Below are positions 28,001-40,886 of a stretch of DNA of 64,000 bases, in pieces. This stretch comes from Enoplolaimus lenunculus (lineage: Eukaryota). A program made the position numbers and the translations under genes. Below the pieces are notes generated by a model. That model saw only the letters and a program-made list of their open reading frames with translations. It was not told where the DNA came from and searched no databases. The stretch covers positions 186,001 through 250,000 of the forward strand of contig JASANG010003130.1 in NCBI GenBank assembly GCA_030248215.1. The letters are read 5' to 3'. Numbering within the stretch: the stretch's first letter is position 1; every line of letters begins with the position of its first letter.

Positions 28001-31000
28001 CAGCTCCGGCCCTTTTCTATACTTGGGCCGTGTAAGCTATGACTAATAAAACGGTTTAGAACGTTCAGACTTCGCCTTGCTTATCACTAAATTTGTTACA
28101 TAACTCTTAAATACCAGCGTGTTTGAGTGTTGCACATGTGTGCAACTACGTTTACTACTAGTTGTTGAGAGATTATTTGAGAATGTTATAATTAGTGCAT
28201 GTAACATTTTGAAACTTACCAGCAATTAAAATACGAAAATAAGCGGAATGTTTCGACAGAGAAAGCACATTGTAATCGTTTGATTTCCTGGCCACTGTTC
28301 TGAAATTATACTTTTTAAATAATTTTGGTTGTGATTACAAATTTTGTTCAGTTCACTTGTGTTGTTTTTTGGTCACATAAATTAAATTTCAAACGCAATT
28401 ACCGCAGTTTCAAGTGTATTGCATTTTAATAAAAAGCTATACATGTTGATCGATGTGAGAAAATGAGCTAAATTGTATGTTTAATTATTGTAAATTGAAT
28501 TCTACTTGAAAAATACTGTAATCAAATACGTGACAATCAGGGTGCAACCGGAATTCCGGTTCCGGCATTTTTTCACCTTCCGGTTCCGGTTCCGGTAATT
28601 TTTTACCGGATTTAAAAATTCCGGTGTTAAAATTTGGCCGTTTTCTTAACTTTGATAATTTTTAAGAATCTCTTTTGAAAGCCACTTGTACTCCGAATAT
28701 AAGCCATTGATGGTGGATTTCACTTCAGTCGACGACGAAAATCTAAAATACAACAAATAAAATAAATACCTATGTTCGACTAAGGTTATTTCACAAATAA
28801 TAGAGCAAAAAATAAGATTCGAATGAAATTTTTGGTGAAATGCATTTTTCACTTTCCGGTTCCGTTTCCGGTTCCGGTTCCGGTAAAATTTTCAAATTCC
28901 GGTTCCGGTAAATTGTAATTCCGGTTGCACCCTGGTGACAATTCAAAAAGTTTTCAAAAATCCAATCTTACGAAAGCATATTCCTTAATTTAATTACCTG
29001 TATGGAATGTAGTACGTAAAGTTGGTTCGTTTTGATTTTTCTGGCAGCGAATCTAAAAAAACGGGATCAAAGTAACATAGAATTAAGGGTTGCGCTATAC
29101 TTTTTTACGTGCGGCGACGTCCGTCACCCGGACCGCGTCGTCCGTCACCGTGCGGCGCTGTCCATTACCGTGCGGTATCGTACGCAAATAACTCATGTGC
29201 GATAACGTATGGTTACGGACGGTGACGGGCTGCGCCGTACGGGTGACGGACGGAGACGGATGGCACCGTACTGGTGACGCACGGTGACAGACGGCCCCGG
29301 ACGTCAAGTATAGCGCAACCCAAAAACGTAAACAACATAAAGGTTATGTTGTTATTCACTGGCACTTTGTGATAGCGTATTTTAAATATAAAAATTGTAA
29401 TCCATTCAGTAATTTGCAGTTTAATTCAGCCAAACTATTTAATAATCGGCCTACCAAGGGCTAGTGGGACATAAGGCGTCCCGCAGAAGGGTGGACCGGG
29501 GTGGCATTGGCCGCCAAACTGGGGAAAAATGACACCTAAAGTTGGATGAAAACTTTATTTCGGTTTTGGAATTTTTAGCTCAAAAATAGCTTACAAATTT
29601 TTTGACACTGAATGTCTGAAATTTTATTATTCATCAAATTTTTGCGGTCCGAAAATTGGTAAATTCAGTAGAAAACTGTACTAAATAAGTAAAAGTCAAG
29701 AGCACATTATCTGCTTAAAAGTATGGAAATCAACATGAAACCGCCGAAATGTGTAAAATAATTTCCCAACTTTTACGAACCGCAATTTAATAGTGCCTTT
29801 CTTCTTTAGAAATTTTGGGAGAGGAAATATATCGTTCTATTCATACCCTTAAACTCAGTTTCTTCTGGAATATGTGTTAAGTAAATATAAGCAGAATACG
29901 ATAATACTGACCTGACAGTGATAGCAAAAGGTCACTACATAACCGAGACAAGTTGTGACGATTGAAGGTAAACTTTTCAGCTCGATGACAATCGACTGAC
30001 TCTGCAGAACTTTGACTACTGCGAAATGACCAGCAACGCGATGAGCTGAGCGAACTAAAAATATCAGTGAAAATCTTAAACATATACAATGTTTGCTTAA
30101 CAGAATACAAACTACTCGTTAAAATGCTCGCTTGGTGCGTTTTAAAGACCAAATTGAAATTAAAAATTTAAGTGATTTAGTCACAAAAACAGTATGTCAT
30201 TTTGTCAAAACTGTTTTTCACAAAAGTTCGCAATTCTCTTATGGTCGGCTAAAAGTCTGCTGAATTAGGGTTGCGCTATACTTTACTGTGCCAAACGCCA
30301 GTGCGAGCTGCTGCGCGCCGCTTCACGCAACAGAACTGCACGCAAAATAAATATCTGTTTGATGGCGCCGCTCGGTGGCGTTTGATGGTGCGTTGCAAGT
30401 ATCGCGCAACTTTTATTTTTTGCATCCAGTCTAAGCGTCACCCAAAACAGTCAAGTTACCAAACGTTGAATAACATATGCACATTGTGTACGGTCGACAT
30501 ATATAAGTAGTGTAAAAATGGGGTTTTACCCCCTCCTCCTCTCTCCTTTTCCGTAAAGCGGAGGAGGAGGAGAGACATCTGCGCAGTTTTCTCCCCCTCC
30601 CTCGTAGGGGGAGAGGAGATGGGCAGAAAGGGCTTGTAAGAGCAGATGCTGCAACTTCCTTACCCGGATCGCAAGAGCGTCCCCACCGGAGGGGCCATTG
30701 CAGATTCATGGCCCCACCAAATTCAGCTTGTTACCCCCAAATAGACTTGGTCTAAAAGTAAATAAATCTCAGTTGCAATTGTAGGTTAATTCTTTGAATG
30801 ATTCAATGATTTTTCATATTTCATAGCCGGAAAATTTTCCATAACACTTTAAGCTCTTAAACAGAAATATATATTTAAGGTGTAACTCTCTTGCGGATTT
30901 GAAATGCGAGCAAAATATATACCACAAACAGCATGTGTAATGTTCAAGGACACACAAATATTGTGCTGCAATTTTGTGGTGCATTGCAATTTTATGTTCA

Positions 31001-34000
31001 GTTTATGTATAGAACTATGTATGCTTATATATGTACGTTTTGACAAGGGTAAATCGTGTTGGGTCATCTCAAAGCGGAATCCAGATTACGATTGTAATTC
31101 TAATTCAAAACAAGGTCCGATTTTGATTCCGATTCCGATTGCACAATCAATCGGAATGGAAATTTTAGAATTTTATTATAATTCTACTTGCGATACGTTG
31201 CATAAAAATTCTGTATCGTTTAACCAATTCAATTATTTTCGATGCGTCAACTTATGCATAAGTCAATGCAGTTTAGCTTTAAGAACCAATCATTGCCAAT
31301 TTGTTTATGCTAAGTTTTTAAAAAATTTTTGCCAGCCATCAGATTCTTTAAATCAATAATATAAATTATTTTTACACTCATAAATTTTCTAGTTCCTATT
31401 CCGGTGCCAACGTTCGCAGGTTCGTTCTACCCTATCTTTCTAGCCGCTATATAGACGGTTTTTCCTCGCTCAACTCGAACGCCGACGTGAGTCCTTGTCA
31501 AATGCTTGCTGATTTGAACTCTCATTTTTGCAACTGATTGAAATTTTTTTGTTTTGCATGCTCTTAAATAGTTTTGCTTTGTACAGAGACCTAGGCAAAA
31601 TGATGCGTGACACAGCGTGCTTGCACACTTATAACGCTTTAGTAGGCAAAATGTGGCGTGGCGTGGTGCACCAAAATTAAAGAAAAGCTTGTAAGCACCA
31701 TGGTTTTGCTTAAAAATGACTTAAGTTCTTCAGCTACAAACGATCAAGAAATAATAGAGACATGACACTTGGGTAAAGTGATTGTAGCTGACAAAACTGT
31801 AATGTATATGTTGGTTGGTAAAAACTAAAAAATCATAACGGTTTTGGTGAGCTCGGTGAAATAATGAGAAAAACTTGACAAAAGTAAGTAAAACGTAAAG
31901 AAATTGGACATTTAGAACTGTTTAACAAAAGTTTAATGCCATAAAAAATAGGTCTGTCGAATCGTTAGTTTAAACAGCTTTCATTGGTTTTAACAAATTT
32001 ATAAAAAAAAATTTGAGTTTTAGCTTACAAACTTGTACTAAAACTTTTCTTGCTAAATCATATTTTTCTTAGCATTAGAATAAATTAGAATCCATATCTA
32101 CATGGTTGGTCCTGTTTAGAGCAACATTTATTTTGTAGTTGCTGCAAGATTTTTATACAACAACAACCACCTGCCTTTAAATTTTTTATAATGGGAAAAT
32201 TTAATGTTTATGTTAATTTTTAAATGTTAATAGGTTGTTTTCAACCACGTTTTGTTATTCAAATTTAACCTTGTATAATTTTAACGTTTAAATCAACTTT
32301 TCAAATTTCAATAGGTTAGGTTAGTTACAACATGGTTTTAAACAAGGTTTTATTAAAATTTTCAGCTTGCACAATTTTAACGTTCAGATTAACTCTTAAA
32401 ATTTTGTAGGTTAGGTTAGTTTAGAACAAGGCTTTCAGCAACGTTTTATTAAAATTTTTTCAACTTTCTTTGTAAACATTAAGATTTGCATTTTATATTT
32501 GTAGAACAATTTATTTTTTCTTATAGGGTTTTAAGGTTGTGAAGTAAGTCATGCTTTTGCGATTTGAATATTTCTGACTTGACCCACAAATATTTGATGG
32601 AGTGTTTTTCATGGCTTTGGTTTATTTAGGTAGCTTCATTAAAGTGAATACGAACCGCATTTAACGGTATAACGAAAATAATATACGTGTAGAGCACGTT
32701 ATTATTTAGTTTTATTCAAGCAGGGTGTTCCTTGAGTAAAGATGTTATGCCCTTGCTGACACCCCAAACAACCTGCAAGTTATTTTATCAACTAAGTTTG
32801 AGTGAACCTAGTTGGCGATCTAAGACCGTACTACAAATTAATGAAGTGTGTACTTGGTGAAAATGTAAAATAAGGATCATTTGTGTGATATTAGCTGAGT
32901 AATTTCAAAAGCTGTATATGTTGTTAACTTTTCAGACTAATATCAAAATGAACAGTTTACCAACAAACTTTAATCGTTGGGGATTAAAACGAAAGCTTGC
33001 CCATGTACACAAGCTGGGGAGTGAAACTCCAGCTAAAATAGCTCAACGCAAAAAGTCTACGTTGAAGCGTAGGCAAGAGTTCGAGCAGGAGGATCGGTGT
33101 GTATTCCTTGTATTTTTATGGACTAGAAACTTATATTATTTAATTAATAATGATGATTTTTATTGCCAGATAATCTAAATTTTGCGTTGAGTGATGTCAT
33201 AACTTGATTAACCTAATTTGTTAACCTTTAGCATAGCACAACGAGGCGCTTTAAAGGTTAATATAAATACCTACTTATAAATACACTGTATTAGGTTGTT
33301 CTGTTAAGCAATCAAATCATGATCATTTTTTAGTTTTATTTTGTGTGAACATTTTTATGACCAATTAAAATATTTTTCAGGTTCCTGGAGCTGCAGAGGA
33401 AACAATATATGCAGCAGCGGCAGCAACAGCAGCAGCAACAAGAACAACAACAACAACAGCAACAACAACCAACAACAACCAACAACGGGTAATGGAAATT
33501 TTGACCCGTATGTTCGAAGAAACGAGCGGCAGCAGCCATTCGCACCGAAGAAACGGCGATAGTTCTTTCGAACTCTGTGTAGTTGGAGTATGACATATTT
33601 GTATTCCTTAATTTTCAATTTAGCAGTTTTCTAGATTTCAAATTCCAGCATTAGTTTTACGATTCAAATTCATATTTGCGACTGTTCTATTGGAATATAG
33701 AACCGGCATAATTAATTCAGGATTTTGGTTAAATACTTTTTATTATTCAACGCAATTGTTTTCACTGTTCCAGATCATTTACATATTACTGTTTGGAAGC
33801 TATGAACCATCAATTTTAAGGAGCGTAAAACAAAGCATTTTTAAAGCATCTGCTGGCAAAATTCTAATTTATTATTCATGGCCGATTATTTAATGGAATT
33901 ATATCTATGGAATTGTAGCGAAGTTTTATGTAATTATGTCGAAATTTAACGGAATTTACCAAATTATCATGGAATTATCTTTGCATTAGAATACGAACTC

Positions 34001-37000
34001 AAACAATCCGTCCGTTTATTTGAAATTATATACATCAAAATCACTGATTTATGCTTTCGTTTTTACGTTACAAAGCTGGGAAACGAACTATCTGAACAGT
34101 TATTTTGAAGTTTGAAAAAATTGATATCTAAAAACTTGCAACTCTTATTTGCAGTTTTGATACAAACGTTCAAGTTATTGTATTGTTCCCTAAATTCAGG
34201 TTTTAACCCAATTGCGTTCAGAAATTAATACCTACCTATTGAATAAAGAAGTATCTGAACAATAATGTAAAATAATGCATCGTCCACATTTTAATATGTC
34301 AGGCAACACTTGCAAAACTCGCACTTAAACCCGCAACCAACATTCACAAATTTCTCACCCAAACCCACAACGTTACAGGAGTGTACCTTTCTATTTAGGT
34401 AGTAAAAGTATATTTCTACTACACAGCCTGCGGCTGCTTGCACAGCTACCAGGCGCGGCCCCTATGGCGATGGGGTAGTCTGGCTATATGCTGGGCGGGG
34501 GATTATCCCCCGTGGACCATTGCATTAAAGTTACAATTTAAATATGTATCCAACTTGCCAAAAGGTATCTTGGTTTCGTCACAATTACAGTTTACATGAA
34601 AGTTGTAAGCTGTATAAAACTAATAACTGTTGCACCATCAACTATTAACCTATTATGATTTAATAATGAAATTAGTTATTTGAGTTAAACAGCAAAAAAA
34701 TAACAGATACATATTTTACTCAGGTTGGATGCATATTCAAATTATATGTAAGCCAAATAAACAATGTGTGTATGTATACGTTATAACAACGAAAGCCAAA
34801 TTACAAAGTTTCAATTGATACATTACCATTTATTTAGGTTTAGTTTTCTGCGAATGTGTCTTTGTATTTGAGATATCCGCTATGTAGTTTTAAGGAACAA
34901 TATATTATGTATCTAAGTATCCAAGTATGTAAACACATTTCAAAACTAATCAAACGGGTGTGAAAATGTTTTAGCTTACTTAATCTAAACTTTGGTTAAA
35001 CCATGTTTTGAAAATTTAGAATGTCCTACGGTTGCTTGTTTGGGTGCCACTGATATCAAGCATCTTTACCGTGGGTTAGGTAGATCAAACGTATCCCCTA
35101 ACACGACACGGCAGGGCAGGCTGTAAAATGTCAGTGGTTTGGTCAACAAGCATAATACCTAGGGAAGGGACACTCGTGTGTGAGCCTAACGCAAACGGCC
35201 GAACTCGAAGGGATCTAGCACCCCGCGTGGTAACTGACGATGTCGATCATCTCCCACATCACCAGGGGCTGCCTGCGTGTGGCGAAGTTACCAGGCGTGC
35301 ACGACTCTTAGAAAGCTGAAAAAATACGTAATAAAATAATACGTAATACATAGTTTTTAAATTTTTTCCTTTTTCGCTTTGAATTAATATATGTACTTAA
35401 ACTGCAATATATTTAAAATTCTTGTGTTGGCACATACAAATTCACCAAAAGTATTTTTACTCCGCTTGTATTTGAGGCTTAACATAGCGGACGAGTAACG
35501 CCACATGGTGCAGCACGTAGCTGGATTCTACGGAATCGGAATTGAAATAGCAAATTTATACCGGAATCGGAACTATAAAATTTATGAGTGCAAAGATAAT
35601 TTGTATTTCCAAATGTATTATTGATTTAAACAATCTGATGGCTGGCAACAATTTTTAAAAACGTAGCATAATGAAATTGGGGATGACTTTTGGTTCTATA
35701 ACGCTGAACTACATTGACTTATACATAAGTTAACACATCGAAAACAATTGAATTCATTAAACGATATAGAATTCTAATGTAACGTATCACTAGTAGGATT
35801 AAAATAAAATTCTAAAATTTCAATTCCAATTGATTGTGCAATCGGAATCGGAATCAAATCGGACCTTGTTTTGAATCAGAATTCTAATCGTAATCGGAAT
35901 TCCGCTTATACCTTGGCCGTTAAAACACCACCACATTAACCAATCTAACCCTTCGTACTTGTATGTGCATGACTTATACTCTGAGATGACCCAAAACGAT
36001 TTACCCTTGTCAAAACGTACATAAGCAGACATAGTTCTATACATAAACTGAACATAAAATTGCAATGCACCACAAAACTGGAGCGCAATATTCGTGTGCC
36101 CTTGAACCTTACACATGCTGTTTGTAGTATATATTTTGTTCGCATTTCAAATCCGCAAGAGAGTTATACCTTAAATATACATTTCTGTTTAAGAATTTTA
36201 AGTGTTATGGAAAATTTTCCGGCTATGAAATATGAAAAATACTGAATCATTCGAAGAATTAACCTACAATTGCAATTGAGATTTATATACTTTTAGACCG
36301 AGTCTATTTGGGGTAACAAGCTGAATTTGATGGGGGCATGACTCTGCAATGGTCCCTCCGGTGGGGACGCTCTTGCGATCCGGGTAAGGAAGTTGCACCG
36401 CTGACCATTGCAAGCACATGCTCTTTCAAACCCTTTCTCTCAACCCTCTTCTCCCTCGCCGAGGGAGGGGGGAGAACTACGCAAATCCCCCCTCCTCCTC
36501 CTTCTCCGCTTTACGGAGGAGTAGGGAGGAGGAGGAGGGGGTAAAACCCTCATTTTCACACTACTTATATAGTCGACGCCAAAAGTAGTGGGAGAAATGG
36601 CCTGTGTGGCGCAGTGGTAGAGTGTTCGCTTATAGTTCCATAGGCTGAGGGTTTGATCCCCGCTCTGGAGGCCCGCTTTTCCATCTGCTTCCTTAAAAGG
36701 TATAAAGTCCTAGTTCCTATTTAGACTTACAGTGACTATGGGATTAAAGGACTGGAAAGCTTAGACGTAAACTAATAGGATTATGTTTAATCTTAGGTTT
36801 AGGTTTCGGTTCAGGCTTATGTTTAGTAGGTAGACCCCTGTTGTTTACACGTGTCATAGTGCCTTGTAGTTGCCGAAAAACGTAGATTCTAGACTTAAAT
36901 ATCCAAATTTTCTGAATGTGCAAAATTGGTTTTTAACAACCATATACGAAGGGACAACTTATAGAAAAGAAATATGTTAAGCGATAAAATGAAACTAACC

Positions 37001-38002
37001 AAGTTCTTGGAATTACCGGCTGGCTATCATATATGTTACGCGTCACAGTTAAGTGATTACGACCATTTGAAACGAAATTATTTGAAAGATCCTTAAAATA
37101 TAATGATCGTAAGATTATAACACCTAAAAACATTAATGTTTAAAACTGTTTGGAACACTCGATCCAGCAGTGTTAACAAAATCGTTGTTAAAAATCTTAC
37201 AAGTTTTAAGTTAAAAATTACTTGAAGATTTTACACACAAGTTTAAACTTGAGCCCTGGACTAAGCAGAGATTTAAATCTAAGCCTGAACCTAAGCCAAA
37301 TCCTAATTCTACGGTTACGTCAAAATCTAAAAGTTTCCGCAATTGTGGGGGAGTCGTACAGTAGGCACTAGCGGATCCAGAGGGGGGAGCGGGGTGCGTA
37401 CGCCCCCATCATAAAATGTTGAAGTTATAATATGATAAGGTTAATACCTTAAAAATTTTCCACCTCAAAATTTTTTCGCGATAAAATCATAAGATTTCTT
37501 CTACCTTACAACTTTTGCGTTTGATAACATTTAACACACCGCCCCCGTCAGAAACTCCCAGGAAATAGAAAACCAAAATCCAATTATCTGAAACAGAGCT
37601 TAAAACGTACGTTGGAAATAGAAATAGATTAATCCTTAGCCTCCGTCAAAGTCTAAGCCGAGACTTAATCTAAGCCGAGACTTAAGTTTAAGCAGAAAAC
37701 CTAAACCGAAGCCTAACAACTCTTAATTTGTGCCCAAATCTTAAAATTTACTACACTGTGTGGCAAATTCTACCAGAGCCAACGATAGAAAATACAAAAC
37801 CAAACAACGATAAGATTTGTTTAAACCTAAGTGTCAATGTTTGAGCCAGTACCTAAAGCAAAACGTACATTGGAAATTGAAATCGATTTGACGAGATGCA
37901 ATCTTGCTTGTGAGCATTGTGTTTCGTTGATGTTGAGCAGTAACCAGTTGAGATCACTGTGAACAAGGCAGTGCGGTCGTGTGCTGCATTGAGAAGATAG
38001 TA
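25039..38002 (-). CDS. Chain of seven short candidate 5' exons, probably of the giant-exon gene: 38002-37869, 37091-37000, 30054-29912, 29052-28998, 28299-28220, 27239-27160, 25094-25039
   Basis: Each has a pyrimidine-rich AG acceptor and GT donor and an open frame; phases chain 1-0-2-1-2-1-0-2 (...LCSDLLLSLSDSLPEKSKRTNFTYYIPYRTVARKSNDYNVLSLSKHSAYFRILIADITLTQVMVRYVDQTKVKVSYCPYRNKISSESNGFRIELEGLLLKR). Start codon and any exons between 15.5 and 25 kb are not resolved. Confidence 0.5.
27877..28029. mobile_element. MITE with GGCCCATGTATAGAACAGGG TIRs and 8-bp TSD (Merlin-like by GG ends and 8-bp TSD), carrying TTAGGC repeats
   Basis: TSD gagtaagc/gtgtaagc; related ends at ~45243-45266 and ~55337-55360. 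Confidence 0.65.
28538..28934. mobile_element. hAT-type MITE (TIR CAGGGTGCAACCGGA, 8-bp TSD GTGACAAT)
   Basis: Perfect 8-bp TSD (28530-28537, 28935-28942); near-identical inverted copy at 53022-53405. Confidence 0.9.
29087..29321. mobile_element. PIF/Harbinger-like MITE
   Basis: Perfect 16-bp TIR gggttgcgctatactt / aagtatagcgcaaccc. Confidence 0.75.
30506..36565. mobile_element. Non-autonomous Polinton/Maverick-like element, 6,060 bp
   Basis: TIRs 30506-~31405 and ~35560-36565, clearly alignable but diverged with an ~70-bp indel; termini AGTAGTGT...ACACTACT; TATATA on both sides (30500-30505, 36566-36571); an empty-site paralogue cggccgacatatatagtcgac at 52871-52891. No long ORF inside. Confidence 0.75.
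32948..33492 (+). CDS. Candidate two-exon small basic/polyglutamine protein inside the Polinton-like element (32948-33096 + 33381-33492, 86 aa)
   Basis: Upstream acceptor ttttcag, AAAATG start, phase-2 intron (gtgtgt...tttttcag). Product MNSLPTNFNRWGLKRKLAHVHKLGSETPAKIAQRKKSTLKRRQEFEQEDRFLELQRKQYMQQRQQQQ...PTTTNNG. The donor is weak. Confidence 0.5.
36598..36740 (+). mobile_element. tRNA-derived SINE-like repeat (A box TGGCGCAGTGG, B-box-like GGTTTGATCCC)
   Basis: Pol III box motifs without a pairing acceptor stem; homologous to 52912-53020 and 53640-53755. Confidence 0.6.
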
Positions 38003-40596
38003 CTAAAAATGAAAAATTATTATTTTTTTGACAAATTCTGGTTTTAATACCAGACCGAAGAAAATCCTATAGGAATTAATCAAATTCTAAATTTTGCAAT
38101 CGCTATTGTAGCTAAACTCTGCTAAGCGAACGATTTTTACCTTTTGTCAGACCGCAAATTTCGCAGTAATATAAACGCTTTTTCAAAACGGAAACAGTTT
38201 GTATTTTCACTCAGTTCGCAAGCCAACTGACAGAAACCTACAAATGTGTTTTCCAGTGTGCGACCAATGTCTTGATCAGAGGTGGACTGTTTTTCCGCGG
38301 AACTGCAATAGAATAATCTTTGATTTAAATGTTTTTTGCTTGGGTTTACGCTCATACTTATGTTTATGTATAGACTTTATGCTTACGCTTAGACTTAGGT
38401 TAAGGCTTAGGAATGTGCTTATGCTACTGTTACAACCCTGTTTGGCCCAAATTTGACGTACTTTCAAATCGCAAACCGAACTTTGGATGCTGTCTCAGAT
38501 GATAATGACATTTGTAGCAATTGGAATGGTTGTTTTCATTCATTATTTACGGTTGATAGTAATTTATAAATGCAAATCTGTTAAGTTCTGCTTGAAATCG
38601 GTGCCTTTTAAACCTTTTCACCAGAATTCAGGTTCCAAACTTATATTAGGATTTATCGACTACATCTGCTCAAATTATGTTTCTGAAGCTAAATACACAG
38701 AGTCCAGTGAAATCCAAAATCAGTTTTTAATATTTTTTGAGTTTTATATTAAGCTAAATGCATTTATTTTTAAAATATTACATATTTGTATGTCAAGGTA
38801 ATCAATTCGGTTTCAGATCCGCAAAAATTGACAACTGAAAACCAGTTCGGGTTCAAAATATATGGAATAAAACGTAAGTATAAGAAGGAATATACAAAAG
38901 AAGCGAGTTGGGTCCAACTACCATCAGGTAAATTAAATAACAGTCCGTAACTGAATAACTGGAAGGTACACTCTGGAGAAGCAAAATATATATCAGTCCC
39001 CACTTATATGGGTCATTACAGTATTTGAATCTGTTCGATTCTCAGTGGCAATTCAAGCTCTTTCGTAATTGGAAAGCACTCGCCAGGACAAACGTACTAC
39101 TGTAGCGACCCGAATGTGAGGTAGTAATAAGACTGGGTCCCATTTTGAGTCCAATCAATAGGAGTCTGTATCCATAATAAGAGTCTGTAAGCGGATAGAG
39201 TCCCTAAACCAAAATTAGAGTCCATAAATGTCAATTATCTCTAATTGTAGCGCATAAATGACTCCAGGATCAAATAAAGTTGAGTTCGAAACTTTAAAGC
39301 GTACTTAAGTTTTGAAATTATTAAGTATAACCTTGCATTATCGATCAAGCTTCTGATACAAGACAAATAAACGTTTAATTCAACGGATAGTTGCAATACC
39401 GGATATATATCAGTAAAGAATGGTGGCGGAAGGCGGGTTGAAAATAAATAACAGTTCGTAACCGAAACAGGGAGTACCCTCTGGAGAGGCCAAATAAAAA
39501 TCAGTCCTCCCTCTTATTCGGGTCCCTACACTAATCGTACAAAAACGAGCTCTTGTACTTTCCCTTAAGTTTTCAAAATTTTCACATATTTGCGCTAAAG
39601 ATTAAGCTTAAAGGCTTACACGCAGGTAAAGGCTTAAACCTAAATTTAAGCTGTTTGCGTCGAGAAGTGTATAAGAACGCAAAAAGTCTTCGCAACAGCG
39701 AAGTAAAATCTAATTCAGAAACCAACAAATAAAGATTTGCCGTTTGTAAATAAATATTCTTAAAATACCAAGCAACAGTAGAAAACAAAACTAACTTAAA
39801 CTTGTGAAAACTCACAAAAGCAACAATTCGCTGTCCAAAATTATGACTAATCATTGGTCACTGCTTGTGAACTTAATTTTTCCTCGTCGATTTTCCACCC
39901 TGATACCCCAAACACAAACGTTCTGGTGGCAGGACCGCCAGTACCAGCGGCTAAATGAAACGCCGCACACCGAAATCCTTGCCCCTCCTAACCAAAAATG
40001 TTTCGACAGTATTGAAAAAATTTTACGCTATATAAATTTTCAATGTCCCCTTTAGAAATGGTGTTGACCCTCTGCTACAATTCCTGGTAGAGTAGGCTTG
40101 AAATTGGCGGTGTCTTTATAATAACCGAGAGACAATATTCGCCGGTTTGTAACAACAAAATGTTGCCCAAAACCCATTTTCAAGTTTGATAAACACTATT
40201 TTGGTGCCGAAAAAAAACTTGTGCACCAAAATTTGTTGTATTTTGGGTATATTTAAGCTGAGAGTTGTATTAAGCGATAAATTTTGTGTCGCGATGTGTG
40301 GTGCATATGGTCGAACATTTTTGATTTGCCTCTTCAATTAATGGTGTGTACCTCTTCTGGTTTGCTGCCAGTCTGGTAAACCGGCGTATGGCTAACGAAC
40401 TAAGAAGTCATCGCAGGTTGCTGATTGGTCATAATCTATATAAACACAGCATTGTTTCGAAGCAGGAAAGCATGACAACAGAAACATGAAAATTAGTTTT
40501 TATGAATGCTTAAAGTTTGCCAATATAATTATATAAATTTTTGTTTCGCAGAAACTTAATACATGAAATACAGCAAAAAGAAACGTTACATTTTGT

Positions 40597-40804
40597 GGTC
40601 AATGTTACTTTTAGAACCGTAACAGTAGATTATGCATATTTCTAAGCCTAAGCCTAAGCCTAAGCGTTGCAAAAGTGTATTCCTAAGCCTAAACATAAGC
40701 CTAAGCCTAAGCGTAAGCCTAAGCTAAAAATGCAGTCTAGACTGTATGCCTACTCTTTTACAGACCCACCAGAAACCGGAAAGGCCCTAAAAGTAACATG
40801 GACC
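40597..40804. mobile_element. MITE (TIR GGTC(A/C)ATGTTACTTTTAG, 8-bp TSD CATTTTGT) carrying GCCTAA repeats
   Basis: Perfect TSD 40589-40596 / 40805-40812. Confidence 0.85.
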
Positions 40805-40886
40805 CATTTTGTAATGTAACGACCACTGGGACAACTTTATGATGGCTTTTCTATTATGTCCTCCTTACATAATTATCTAAATTTTC

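Noticed and set aside
28646..28852. Duplicated 65-68-aa ORF (also 53086-53283)
   Set aside because: Internal to the hAT MITE; GTG start, no coding signal.
36598..36670. Functional tRNA genes here, at 52912-52985 and at 60990-61056
   Set aside because: A/B boxes are present but the cloverleaf stems do not pair; better explained as SINE heads.
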